This document shows, one piece after another, positions 17,983-27,391 of a DNA stretch of 64,000 bases (position 1 is the first letter of the stretch; the number at the start of each line of letters is the position of its first letter). Both the position numbers and the translations under genes were made by a program. The notes under the pieces were generated by a model that did no database searches, had not been told where the DNA came from, and saw nothing but the letters and a program-made list of their open reading frames with translations. Source of the stretch: an uncultured delta proteobacterium. GTDB lineage: Bacteria > Desulfobacterota > Binatia > Binatales > Binataceae. The stretch covers positions 152,857 through 216,856 of the forward strand of contig CAWIHG010000003.1 of assembly GCA_963835905.1 (NCBI GenBank). Direction: 5' to 3'.

Positions 17983-18678
17983 ATGGCGAAATATTTCCTG
18001 TTCGAAAAAGACGGCGCGCTCACCACCATCACCTTCAACCGCCCGCAAAAGCTCAACTGCCTCGACGACGAAGTCGTGCTCGAGCTCGAGTCGCTGGTGC
18101 AGCAGGTGCGCGAGGACCGCGACACCCGCGTGCTGATCGCGACCGGCACGGGCAGGGCGTTCTCCGCCGGGGCGGATGTGAGCGCGGCAAAGGGAATCGA
18201 TGATCCGCGTGAGCGGGCGAAGGCGGCGGGGCGCAGTGCGGGGCGTTTTCCGCGGCTAATCGGGCGCGTCGTCGATCTGATCTCGCATCTCGACATCATG
18301 ACGATAGCGGCGGTCAACGGATTCGCGATCGGCGGCGGATGGTCGATCGCGCTGGCGTTCGACTTCTGCATCGCGGTCGAGGGCGCCGAGTTCTGGGTTC
18401 CCGAAGTCGACATGGGAGTGCCGTACCGCGGAACGCCCGCGCAGATCCTCGCGATGAGAATGGGGCCGTGGGCCGCCAAGGAAGTGACCATCCTGTGCCG
18501 CCACTACAAGGCCCAGGAGTTGCTCGCGATGCGCGTGGTGAATCGCGTCGTAAAGGCGGCGGAGCTGATGCCGGCGGCGCGAGAGCTGGCCGCCGCGCTG
18601 GCGGCCAAGCCGCCGCGCGCGGTCGCGCCGTCCAAGCGCGATATCAACGCGCTCTTCTACGGCGAGCGCCTGTACTGA
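17983..18678 (+). CDS. enoyl-CoA hydratase/isomerase family protein
   Basis: 231 aa. ...LTTITFNRPQKLNCL...GRAFSAGADV...AAVNGFAIGGGWSIALAFDFCIA is the crotonase fold. Confidence 0.8.
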   Translation: MAKYFLFEKDGALTTITFNRPQKLNCLDDEVVLELESLVQQVREDRDTRVLIATGTGRAFSAGADVSAAKGIDDPRERAKAAGRSAGRFPRLIGRVVDLISHLDIMTIAAVNGFAIGGGWSIALAFDFCIAVEGAEFWVPEVDMGVPYRGTPAQILAMRMGPWAAKEVTILCRHYKAQELLAMRVVNRVVKAAELMPAARELAAALAAKPPRAVAPSKRDINALFYGERLY

Positions 18679-18694
18679 AACTGTCGGGGCCGCG

Positions 18695-19924
18695 TCAGTT
18701 CGCGCGCGCGGCGGCCGGCATCTTCGCCAGCCGCTTGACCTCGAGCTTGAACATCCGCGCCGCGTTGAGCCCCAGAATCTGCGCGCGCTGCTCGTCGGTC
18801 AGATGACCCATCTCGCGCTCGATGGCCTCGGCCGAGTGCGGCCACGAGCCCTCGTGATGCGGGTAATCGTTGGCCCACATGAAGTTGCGGCACAGGTCGT
18901 ACTTGGGCGCGAGGTCGAGTCCCGGCGAATCCTCCTGGAACGACGCGAATCCGTTGGAGCGGAAGTATTCGCTCGGCAGATGTTTGAGCTTGGGGAAGAC
19001 CCACATGTGATGCTTGCGATAGGCCTCGTCCATCGCCTGCAGCGCCCACGGCACCCATCCGATGCCGGCCTCGATCGAGCCGAAGCGAAGCTTCGGGAAG
19101 CGCTCGATCACGCCGGAAGCGCACAGGTTGGCGATCGGCTCGATGGTCGGAGCGAGCGAGTGCGAGACATAATTGATCACCGCGCCGCCGTCCTTGCGCG
19201 CCGCGCGGGGGTCGCGTCCGGTCGAAACATGAAAGGTGATCGCGAGGTCGGCATCCTGGATCGCCGCCCACAGCGGATCGTACATCCCAAAGTTGTAATT
19301 CGGATGGCGCGCGTCGTGCGCACCGAAGACCGGCTTGCAGGGCAGGGTGAGTCCGCGAAAGCCCATCTTTGCCGCGCGCTCGACTTCCTTGACCGAGGCC
19401 TCGATATTCGCGGTCGCCAGCGCCGCCATCGGGATGCATCGGTTGCGCGCGGGCGCGTAGAACTCGGCGGACCAATCGTTCCAGACCTGGCACTGCGCGT
19501 GGGCGAAATCAGCGTCGGGCGTAGCCCAAATCGTAAGGCCCTTGTTGGGGAAGATGATCTCGATGTCCACGCCGTCGTTGTCGAGGTCGCGCAGGCGCTC
19601 GTCGAGATTGGCGCCGGCCTTCGAGCGGACGTGATCCTCGCCGTCGAGCTTGTTGTCGAGCAGCCGCGAGCGCGCCCATCCCTCCGAGATCTGCCACTTC
19701 ACGCCGTTGGCATCGACCTCGATGCGGGGCAGGCGCTTGCGGTACTGCTCCGGAAGCCGATCGCTCCACAGGTTGGACGGCTCGTTGGCGTGGCAGTCTG
19801 CTGAGACCATGAAGTACTTGTCGGGATCGTCGGGACGCGCAGTGCGCTTCCATCCCGGATGCCCCGGAGTTTCCAGCCGCCAGCGGTTGGGCTCATTGAC
19901 GACGATATCGATCGATCCGCTCAT
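18695..19924 (-). CDS. amidohydrolase-2 family (ACMSD-type metal-dependent hydrolase/decarboxylase) protein
   Basis: 409 aa. ...FMVSADCHANEP...ITFHVSTG...NFMWANDYPHHEGSWPHS shows the His/Asp metal-ligand pattern of PF04909-type TIM-barrel amidohydrolases. Confidence 0.7.
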   Translation of the reverse strand: MSGSIDIVVNEPNRWRLETPGHPGWKRTARPDDPDKYFMVSADCHANEPSNLWSDRLPEQYRKRLPRIEVDANGVKWQISEGWARSRLLDNKLDGEDHVRSKAGANLDERLRDLDNDGVDIEIIFPNKGLTIWATPDADFAHAQCQVWNDWSAEFYAPARNRCIPMAALATANIEASVKEVERAAKMGFRGLTLPCKPVFGAHDARHPNYNFGMYDPLWAAIQDADLAITFHVSTGRDPRAARKDGGAVINYVSHSLAPTIEPIANLCASGVIERFPKLRFGSIEAGIGWVPWALQAMDEAYRKHHMWVFPKLKHLPSEYFRSNGFASFQEDSPGLDLAPKYDLCRNFMWANDYPHHEGSWPHSAEAIEREMGHLTDEQRAQILGLNAARMFKLEVKRLAKMPAAARAN

Positions 19925-20124
19925 AATCGTAACTCCCGAAATGCGGTCGCGGTCGCGTCCGCGCCAGTACGTGCGATCCTAATGCGCCGGGGCATCGCTC
20001 GTAAAGAGCGCCGCCATACCGATGGTTCGCGGCGCGGGCGGATCTGTATGGCGATGCGGGCGGTATGATAGCGTAGTTCACGGCTTGCGCGTGATGGCTC
20101 GCGCCGGCGTGGAGGGCGCCACCG

Positions 20125-21567
20125 ATGCTCAAGATCGAACGCGAGATCCCGATCCGAATCGACCCGGGCCAGAACCCGTTCCTGCAAGGAGTCTTCGGTC
20201 CGATTGGATGCGAAATCACCGCCGACGATCTTGAAGTAACCGGTGAGATTCCGAAGGACCTCTTCGGCACCTACCTCCGCAATGGCCCCAACCCGATCTT
20301 CCAGCCGCGCGGCCGTTATCATTGGTTCGACGGCGACGGAATGATCCACGCGATCGCGTTCCGCGACGGCAAGGCCAGCTATCGCAACCGATGGATCCGC
20401 ACCGAGGGCTTCGCGGCCGAGCAGACCGCGCAGCGCTCGATCTGGCCGGGGCTGATGGACCGTCCCGACCCGGGCGTGCCGCGCGGCGCCGGCTCCGACG
20501 GATGGCTCAAGGACACCGCCAACACCGATATCGTGTTTCACAACGGCTACGCGCTGGCGCTGTGGTACCAGTGCGGGATGCCGTACAAGGTCGATGCGCG
20601 CACGCTCGAGACGCTCGGGGTTGAGCGCTTCGGCGGCGGGCTCAAGCGCACCGTTTCAGCCCACGCCAAGACCGACCCGGAAACCGGCGAGTTGCTGTTC
20701 TTCGATTACGCGACCAAGGCGCCGTATCTCACCTACAACGTCGTGGATGCGAACGGCCGGCTTGCTCATTACGCGCCGATCGAAGTACCCGGCCCGCGCC
20801 TGCCGCACGACATGGCGTTCACGCCGCGGTACTCGATCCTGATGGACCTGCCGCTGTTCTGGGATCCGCAACTGCTCGCGCGCGGCGTGCACAAGGTGAC
20901 TTATTTCCCCGACCTGCCGAGCCGGTTCGCGGTGCTGCCGCGGATGGGCACGAACGCGGAGGTGCGATGGTTCGAGACCTCGCCCTGCTACATCTACCAC
21001 GTCGTCAATGCGTGGGAGGACGGCGACGAGATCGTGATGGATGCGTGCCGCGTGGTTCAGCCGGAGCCCGGAAGCAAGCGCGGCGAGGGCGAGCTTGCGC
21101 GGATGAAGGCGTTCCTGCGCCTGGAGGCGCAGCTCTGGCGATGGCGCTTCAACCTCGCGACCGGAGAGACCAGGGAACAGCAGATCGACGATCGGATGAC
21201 CGAATGGCCGACCATTCATCGCGGCCGGATGGGTCGGCGCACGCGCTACGCATACAACTCGCTGGTCCCGCACTTCGAGGGGATCCTCAAGTACGACGTC
21301 GAGACCGGTCGCTCGCAGAAATACCTGTGGGGCGCGGGGCGCACCGCAAATGAATGCCCTTACGCGCCGCGCGTGGGCGCGCGCGATGAGGACGACGGTT
21401 ACGTGGTGAGCTTCGTCGCCGATGCGAACGCGGGCGGCGCAGGCGAGGTCGTGATCCTGGACGCGAAGAATATCGAGGCGGGGCCGCTTGCGCGCGTGAA
21501 GATTCCGCAGCGCGTTCCGATCGGTTTCCACGCGATCTGGGTTCCCGGCGAGCAGCTCCCGGCGTAA
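20125..21567 (+). CDS. carotenoid cleavage oxygenase (RPE65/lignostilbene dioxygenase family)
   Basis: 480 aa. ...LRNGPNPIFQPRGRYHWFDGDGMIHAI..., four conserved His in propeller-blade positions (HNGYAL, HAKTDP, HDMAFT, FHAIWVP), C-terminal GFHAIWV. Confidence 0.85.
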   Translation: MLKIEREIPIRIDPGQNPFLQGVFGPIGCEITADDLEVTGEIPKDLFGTYLRNGPNPIFQPRGRYHWFDGDGMIHAIAFRDGKASYRNRWIRTEGFAAEQTAQRSIWPGLMDRPDPGVPRGAGSDGWLKDTANTDIVFHNGYALALWYQCGMPYKVDARTLETLGVERFGGGLKRTVSAHAKTDPETGELLFFDYATKAPYLTYNVVDANGRLAHYAPIEVPGPRLPHDMAFTPRYSILMDLPLFWDPQLLARGVHKVTYFPDLPSRFAVLPRMGTNAEVRWFETSPCYIYHVVNAWEDGDEIVMDACRVVQPEPGSKRGEGELARMKAFLRLEAQLWRWRFNLATGETREQQIDDRMTEWPTIHRGRMGRRTRYAYNSLVPHFEGILKYDVETGRSQKYLWGAGRTANECPYAPRVGARDEDDGYVVSFVADANAGGAGEVVILDAKNIEAGPLARVKIPQRVPIGFHAIWVPGEQLPA

Positions 21568-21588
21568 GCGCGCCGCGAGCGTTTCTCC

Positions 21589-21726
21589 GTCATCCTGAGC
21601 GAAGTCTGCGAAGCGAAGGATCTCGCGGCCGCATCTCAAACGGCCGCGTCATGCCGCTGAATTGCGCGCGGAGGACCGCGCGAGATCCTTCGACTCCGCT
21701 TGCGGACTCGCTTTGCTCAGGATGAC
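21589..21726. repeat. 138-bp palindromic (MITE-like) element between convergent genes
   Basis: Terminal inverted repeats: GTCATCCTGAGCGAAGTC...GAAGGATCTCGCG (21589..~21629) versus ...CGCGAGATCCTTCGACTCCGCTTGCGGACTCGCTTTGCTCAGGATGAC (~21679..21726). An internal 8-bp perfect hairpin CGCGGCCG-N9-CGGCCGCG is present. Confidence 0.5.
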
Positions 21727-21802
21727 AAAAGGTGCGCTCGCGGATTAGCTGCGCTCGGTATGGAGAGCAACACGCGGCGTGGGCGACCGATCGCATTCGG
21801 CG

Positions 21803-23056
21803 CTACGACATGCCCTTCAGAAGCCGATGAGTATCGGCGCCGAGCGAATCGATCTCCAGCCCGTGCGGGCAGGCGCCCGCGCATGGCCGTGCGCTGCACG
21901 TCAGACACGCCGCGGCGTCGCGCTCGAGCATCGAGTATTCACTCCACGCAAGGCGCGAGTCGCCGTAATCGCGCGCGTACATCCGCACCCGCATGACATC
22001 GGAGATCGGCACGCCATAAGGGCACGCGCTCGCGCACGCGTCGCATCCATAGCGGCACGACGAGGTGCTGTTGATACGCGCGTAATGGCGCAGTAGAGGA
22101 ATATCGCCGACCGCGGGTGCGCTCGCGCCCGATGCGACGAGGTATTCGTCGATCATCTGGGCACTGGTCATCGTCACGATGAGCGCGCTCACGTTCTGGT
22201 TCGACAGCACCCATCGGAACGCGGCCTGCGGGAAAGTTCCGCCGCCCGATTCGTACGGTTGCAGGTCGTTGAGCCGCGCGCCCATCAGGGTCTTCATCGC
22301 GATCGTGCCGACGCCCATCTGGTGCGCACGCTCCAGCACCTTGGGCAGGCCGGGCTGACGTGCGACGAAATCCCATCCGCGCGTAAAGCGCTGATAGAAG
22401 TGCGGGTCCTGCCCGAAGTTGTATGCGGTCAGGATCACGTCGACCGAGTTCTGATCGAGCGCGCGGTCAAGGCAATCGATCAGACGGCCCGCATGCCCCG
22501 ACATCCCGACGAACCTGATCTTGCCCTGCTTGCGCGCAAGCGCGGTGAACTCGTGCCATTCGGGATTGTCGAGGCGGCCGACGTCGTTCACAGCATGGTT
22601 GAAGTACACATCGACGTGGTCGGTCTGAAGGCGGCGCAGGCTGCCCTCCAGCGCGGTCATCATCGATTGCCGCGTCTGGTCGTCGCTCGTGATGATTTTC
22701 GAGGTCAGATAGATCTTGTCGCGGTCGCCGCGCAGCGCGTTTCCGATCGTGGTTTCGGATTCGCCACCCGTGTAGGTCTCGGCGGTGTCGAAGTAGTTGA
22801 TGCCGAGGTCCAACGCGTGGCGGACGAGATCTTCCTGGCCGGTCACGAGACGGGCGCCGCCGAATGAGATGTCGGAGATTTTGAGTCCCGTGCGTCCGAG
22901 CGTGCGATAGGCGCGCACGCGCGGTGACGCTTGGGTGGCGGAGGAGGCTGCCGCGCTTGCGAGCGGAAGTAGTCCGACCCCGAGCCCCGCGAGCGCTCCG
23001 CGCCTCAGGAACTCGCGGCGGTCAAACGTGTCATCGTGGACGCGCCGGCGTTTCAT
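21803..23056 (-). CDS. Tat-exported aldo/keto reductase fused to C-terminal 2x[4Fe-4S] ferredoxin-like domain
   Basis: 417 aa. Twin-arginine signal RREFLRRGALAGLG. AKR TIM-barrel (DLGINYFDTAETYTGGESE...). The C-terminus has C-x3-C-x2-C-x3-CP and C-x2-C-x4-C-x3-CP cysteine clusters. Confidence 0.75.
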   Translation of the reverse strand: MKRRRVHDDTFDRREFLRRGALAGLGVGLLPLASAAASSATQASPRVRAYRTLGRTGLKISDISFGGARLVTGQEDLVRHALDLGINYFDTAETYTGGESETTIGNALRGDRDKIYLTSKIITSDDQTRQSMMTALEGSLRRLQTDHVDVYFNHAVNDVGRLDNPEWHEFTALARKQGKIRFVGMSGHAGRLIDCLDRALDQNSVDVILTAYNFGQDPHFYQRFTRGWDFVARQPGLPKVLERAHQMGVGTIAMKTLMGARLNDLQPYESGGGTFPQAAFRWVLSNQNVSALIVTMTSAQMIDEYLVASGASAPAVGDIPLLRHYARINSTSSCRYGCDACASACPYGVPISDVMRVRMYARDYGDSRLAWSEYSMLERDAAACLTCSARPCAGACPHGLEIDSLGADTHRLLKGMS

Positions 23057-23434
23057 CGCAGCCGCACCTCCGACCTGAATCGTGCATCAAGAGCATTGCC
23101 TGTTTGCATGTCGAAACGCCAGTCGTGGCGAAGCGGAGCCGACGGCAACTTGCCGCGGCGGCATCACGCAAATACACTGTATGTATAGTAATCAGGCAGC
23201 TTGGGTGCGCATTCACGGCACGCCGTCCGCTTCGCATGCGGCGGGCGGGGAGCTGCCGCACGGCGGTCATGTGGTGCGGGGCATCGCGGGGCACGCCGCC
23301 TTGAATCCGAAGGAATTTCGAGTTCCGCAGCCGATCGCGCGCGTACGCGCGCGGCCCGCCGCCATTCGCGCGAAGACCGGATACGGCGGCGGCGCTCGCG
23401 GATCGGGATTTCCAGCTTGAGAAGGGCGCAGCCG

Positions 23435-24523
23435 ATGAGTCTCAGAAAACTTCCCCCATCGCTTGATTTCCTCAATTTGCGATATGACGGCGCCACGGTT
23501 GCCGGATGGATCGGGTTTGTCCTGATTTCGCTCGCCGTGTTCATGGTCCTGCGGCGGACCCAGAAGATACTGGCGCGGCACTTTGGCGCGATTGCGACGC
23601 TTACCCGAACTCATCTCGACGATCTTCTGGTCTCGCTGATCAATCACACCAACGGACTGTTCATACTGCTGGTCTCGCTATGGATTGGCACGGTCACGCT
23701 GACGCTGAACGATCGCGCGGCCGCGATTATCTACCTCGCGCTGATCGTTGCGCTTATCATCCAGGCCGGACTGTGGTCGAGCCACGTGCTGGACTTCGCG
23801 CTGGACCGCATGATTATGGCGCGCGCGGACTTCGATCCCGCATTGCGCACGGCGATCGGCGGAATCAGCTTCATCGGGCGCGTGGTGATCTGGTCGGTCG
23901 CGGCGCTGCTGGTACTCGCCAACCTGCACGTCAACGTGACCACGCTGGTGGCGGGGCTCGGGGTGGGCGGAATCGCAATTGCGCTTGCGGTGCAGAACGT
24001 GCTGGGCGACCTGTTCGCGTCGCTCTCGATTCTGCTCGACCGGCCGTTCGTGGTCGGTGAGTTCATCGTGATCGATTCGCTGGCGGGCACGGTCGAGCAT
24101 GTGGGGCTCAAGACCACCCGGATTCGCAGCCTGTCGGGCGAGCAGATCGTGTTGTCCAACGGCGACCTGCTGAAGAGCCGGATTCACAACTACAAGAGAC
24201 TGGTTGAGCGCCGGATCGTGTTCGGCTTTGGCGTCACCTACGACACCGGTTATGAGAAGCTGGCGAAGATACCCGCGATGGTGCGCGAGATCATTACGAG
24301 CGTCGAAAAGACCCGCTTCGACCGCGCGCACTTCAAGGAGTACGGGGACTCATCGCTGAACTTCGAGGTTGTCTATATCGTGCTCGATCCCGACTACAAC
24401 ATCTACATGGACGTCCAGCAGCAGATTAACCTGGAGATCTACCGGCGCTTCGCGGAGCAGGGGATCGAGTTCGCCTTTCCCACTCGCACCCTGTACCTGA
24501 ATTCGGTAACGCCGCCCGCCTGA
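23435..24523 (+). CDS. mechanosensitive ion channel, MscS family
   Basis: Start MSLRKLPPS (ATG 23435, GAGAAGGG RBS). Three TM helices, then the MscS beta-domain signature ...GEFIVIDSLAGTVEHVGLKTTRIRSLSGEQIVLSNGDL. Confidence 0.8.
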   Translation: MSLRKLPPSLDFLNLRYDGATVAGWIGFVLISLAVFMVLRRTQKILARHFGAIATLTRTHLDDLLVSLINHTNGLFILLVSLWIGTVTLTLNDRAAAIIYLALIVALIIQAGLWSSHVLDFALDRMIMARADFDPALRTAIGGISFIGRVVIWSVAALLVLANLHVNVTTLVAGLGVGGIAIALAVQNVLGDLFASLSILLDRPFVVGEFIVIDSLAGTVEHVGLKTTRIRSLSGEQIVLSNGDLLKSRIHNYKRLVERRIVFGFGVTYDTGYEKLAKIPAMVREIITSVEKTRFDRAHFKEYGDSSLNFEVVYIVLDPDYNIYMDVQQQINLEIYRRFAEQGIEFAFPTRTLYLNSVTPPA

Positions 24524-24591
24524 AGGCGGCTTGCCGGCGCGTACGATGCGTCGCGAGCCGGGCGCGTGAGCATGCGAACGCGTGGCTCGCG

Positions 24592-25692
24592 TCAGCTGGT
24601 CTCGATCCGCAGCCCCGTCGCCGCGTCGAAGAAGTGGAGCCGCGCACGCGGCGTGTATAGGCGCACGCGATCGCCCGCGGCGACCGGCGAAGTGGCCTCG
24701 AAAGCGATCGGAGAGTCGCCGACGCGTCCCGCGGCAAGGTAGCGTGCGCCCGAGAACTCGACGCGCTCGATGACTGCGTCGAAGCCGACCGATTCCTGCG
24801 CGCCGCCCGCATCCAGGCTCATGTCCTCCGCGCGCACTCCGAGCACGAGCTCGGCGCCGGCGCGAGCCGGCGGCGCGGTTGCGATCGTCGATCCCTCCAT
24901 CACCAGCGCGTCGCCGCCGGGCGCAACCCTGGCGCGCAGCAGATTCATCGGCGGCTGCCCTACGAATCCGGCGACGAACTGATTGGCGGGACGCGCGTAG
25001 ACCTCGGCGGGCGCGCCGAGCTGTTCGAGGCGGCCGTCGCGCAGCACCGCCATCCGATCGGCCAGGGTCATTGCTTCAAGCTGATCGTGCGTAACGTACA
25101 CGACCGTCTGGCGGGTCCGGCGCTGGAAGTCCTTCAGCTCCGCGCGCAGCGCGGAGCGCAGCTTTGCGTCGAGATTCGAGAGCGGTTCATCCATCAGGAT
25201 CACGCCCGGCTCGCGCACCAGCGCGCGGGCCAGCGCGACGCGCTGGCGCTCGCCGCCTGACAACTGCGCGGGCACGCGATGGAGATCGATCGAGAGACCC
25301 GCCAGGCGCGCGCTCGACTCGACCCGGCGAACAATCTCCTCGCGCGCGACGCGTCCGAGGCGCAGCGGGAACGCGATATTCTCGAACGCGGTCATGTGCG
25401 GGTAGAGCGCGTAGTTCTGAAACACCATCGCGACCTTGCTGCGGGAGGAGCCGGGCACTGCGCCGCCGGTAATTTCGATGGTGCCGGAATCGGGCGGATC
25501 GAGACCCGCGATCAGCCGCAGCAACGTGCTCTTGCCGCATCCCGACGGTCCCAGCAGCACGAAGAACTCGCCGTCGCGCACCTCCAGCGTTACGCCGTGC
25601 AATCCGCCGCCGGCGGGGAACTCGCGGCGCAGGTCGCGTACCACAAGCCTGGCGCCCGGCGCCACGCCACCGGATGGGTCCCGCGAGCTCAT
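24592..25692 (-). CDS. ABC transporter ATP-binding protein (MalK/UgpC-type, with C-terminal TOBE domain)
   Basis: Walker A GPSGCGKST, ABC signature LSGGERQRVALARAL, Walker B ILMDEPLSNLD. Around 120 aa of C-terminal regulatory domain. Confidence 0.9.
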   Translation of the reverse strand: MSSRDPSGGVAPGARLVVRDLRREFPAGGGLHGVTLEVRDGEFFVLLGPSGCGKSTLLRLIAGLDPPDSGTIEITGGAVPGSSRSKVAMVFQNYALYPHMTAFENIAFPLRLGRVAREEIVRRVESSARLAGLSIDLHRVPAQLSGGERQRVALARALVREPGVILMDEPLSNLDAKLRSALRAELKDFQRRTRQTVVYVTHDQLEAMTLADRMAVLRDGRLEQLGAPAEVYARPANQFVAGFVGQPPMNLLRARVAPGGDALVMEGSTIATAPPARAGAELVLGVRAEDMSLDAGGAQESVGFDAVIERVEFSGARYLAAGRVGDSPIAFEATSPVAAGDRVRLYTPRARLHFFDAATGLRIETS

Positions 25693-26528
25693 CGGAAGCT
25701 CCCCGTCAGCAGCGCGCCGCGCAGCATCGGACGCAGCGCTATCACCACGCAGACCGCGGGTATCATCATCAGCAGCGCCAGCGCGCTTGCGGGACCGACG
25801 TCGCCGAACACGGTGTAGTAATAGAGCAGCGGCGGCAGCGTACGGTTGGTCACTTGCAACAGCAGGGCGAAGCCGAATTCGTCCCAGCTCAGGATGAAGC
25901 CCAGGATGAACGCGGAGGCAAGTGCGCCGCGCGCAAGCGGAAGATCGATGCTAACGAAGACGCGCAGCGGCGACGCGCCGTCGAGCCACGCCGCTTCCTC
26001 GATTTCGACCGGTATCGCGGCGAAGCTCCCGTAACACATCAGCGCCGTCATCGGCAGGGCGAGCGCGGCATGCACCAGCGCAAGTCCGCTGCCGGTGGGT
26101 GTGTCGTAGAGTCCGAGCACGATGAGCGCGAGCGCGAGCGGAATCGCGACCGCGATCATCGGCAGCAAACGCACCGCGGTGACCGCCGAAATTCCGGCCG
26201 CGCGCCCCGCCAGGCTACGCGCCATCGCGTAGGCCAGCATCGCGCCGAGCGCGGTCGCGACGGCTGCGCTGCTGATCGCCACCGCGACACTGCGGAGGAT
26301 CGCGGCGCGTAGCTCCCCGATCGCAAAGACTGCCGTGAAGTGCGCGCCGGTCACCCGATGCGGCAGCCACAGCGGCGGCCACGCGAAGCTCTCCAGCTCG
26401 GGCGTGATCGATTGCTTGAGCAGCAGGTACAGCGGCGCTGCCGCAGCGAACACGACCGCCGCGCTGGCGGCCGCGCGCACCCATCGGGCGGCGCCGGCGC
26501 GGCGCGGCGAGTTGCGCGCACCGCTCAC
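25689..26528 (-). CDS. ABC transporter permease (MalG/carbohydrate-uptake type)
   Basis: EAA loop EAAWLDGASPLRVFVSIDLPLARGAL. GTG start overlaps the upstream stop (GTGA). Confidence 0.8.
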   Translation of the reverse strand: MSGARNSPRRAGAARWVRAAASAAVVFAAAAPLYLLLKQSITPELESFAWPPLWLPHRVTGAHFTAVFAIGELRAAILRSVAVAISSAAVATALGAMLAYAMARSLAGRAAGISAVTAVRLLPMIAVAIPLALALIVLGLYDTPTGSGLALVHAALALPMTALMCYGSFAAIPVEIEEAAWLDGASPLRVFVSIDLPLARGALASAFILGFILSWDEFGFALLLQVTNRTLPPLLYYYTVFGDVGPASALALLMMIPAVCVVIALRPMLRGALLTGSFR

Positions 26529-27382
26529 GCGGTCACCTCCGCGGCTCCGAAGCGGCGCGCGATCGCGGCGCCCAAGAGGCCCATGACCGTGATGATGATC
26601 GCGAGAACGACCGAGGCCGCCATCGCGACGTGCGGTTCCTGCGCATCGGTCCACATCTGGTAGGCGTAGGTCGACAGCACGGGCACCCCTTCTGCGCCGG
26701 TCAGCACGAGAGTGGTTGAGAAAATCCGCAGCGCATCGACGCCGCGCAGCACGATCGCCGCCACGATCGCGGGGGTCAGCAGCGGCAGCGTGATATGGCG
26801 GAAGGTGGCGAGCGCGCCGGCGCCGTCAAGCTGCGCGGCCTCGTAAACTTCGGCGGGAATCCCCTGCAGCCCCGCGAGCAGAATCAGCATCACCACGGGC
26901 GTTACGTGCCACGCATCGACCAGCATGACGGTCACCAGCGCGAGTGCGCGGTTCGGCTCGAGCCATGGAAGCGCGCCCGCTCCAGCGGCGCCCAGAAATC
27001 CGTTGATATAGCCGCGCGGCATGAACAGGTAGCGCGCGATCGTGAGCAGGACGATTTCCGGAATCGCGAACGGAAGTATTGCCGCCACCTCGACCGCGGC
27101 GTGGGGCCTGCGCCGCGCGGTCAGATGGAGCGCGAGGAGCAGCCCGAGCACGAGTTCCAGCGCCAGGCTCCCGAACGGAACAATAAGGTTGTTGAGCAGC
27201 GCGGTCGCGAACATCGGATCGCGAAGCAGTACCGCGTAATTGCGCAGTGAGGGACCGCACGCGTCGAAGGACAGCACCACGCCATCGATCGCGGGAATTA
27301 CCAGGACCAGCGTCATGAACGCGGCGGGTGCGATAAGGAATATAGTGCGCAATCGTTTCCCCGCGCGATTCATTGCTTGCAC
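26525..27382 (-). CDS. ABC transporter permease (MalF/carbohydrate-uptake type)
   Basis: EAA loop YEAAQLDGAGALATFRHITLPLL. Six TM helices. Confidence 0.8.
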   Translation of the reverse strand: MQAMNRAGKRLRTIFLIAPAAFMTLVLVIPAIDGVVLSFDACGPSLRNYAVLLRDPMFATALLNNLIVPFGSLALELVLGLLLALHLTARRRPHAAVEVAAILPFAIPEIVLLTIARYLFMPRGYINGFLGAAGAGALPWLEPNRALALVTVMLVDAWHVTPVVMLILLAGLQGIPAEVYEAAQLDGAGALATFRHITLPLLTPAIVAAIVLRGVDALRIFSTTLVLTGAEGVPVLSTYAYQMWTDAQEPHVAMAASVVLAIIITVMGLLGAAIARRFGAAEVTA

Positions 27383-27391
27383 TCCAAGGGG

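Noticed and set aside
23140-23170. ACACTGTATGTATAGTAATCAG as a LexA/SOS box upstream of the AKR and MscS genes
   Set aside because: It contains CTGT but lacks the symmetric ACAG half-site, so it is not a convincing palindrome. More likely an AT-rich -10 region.
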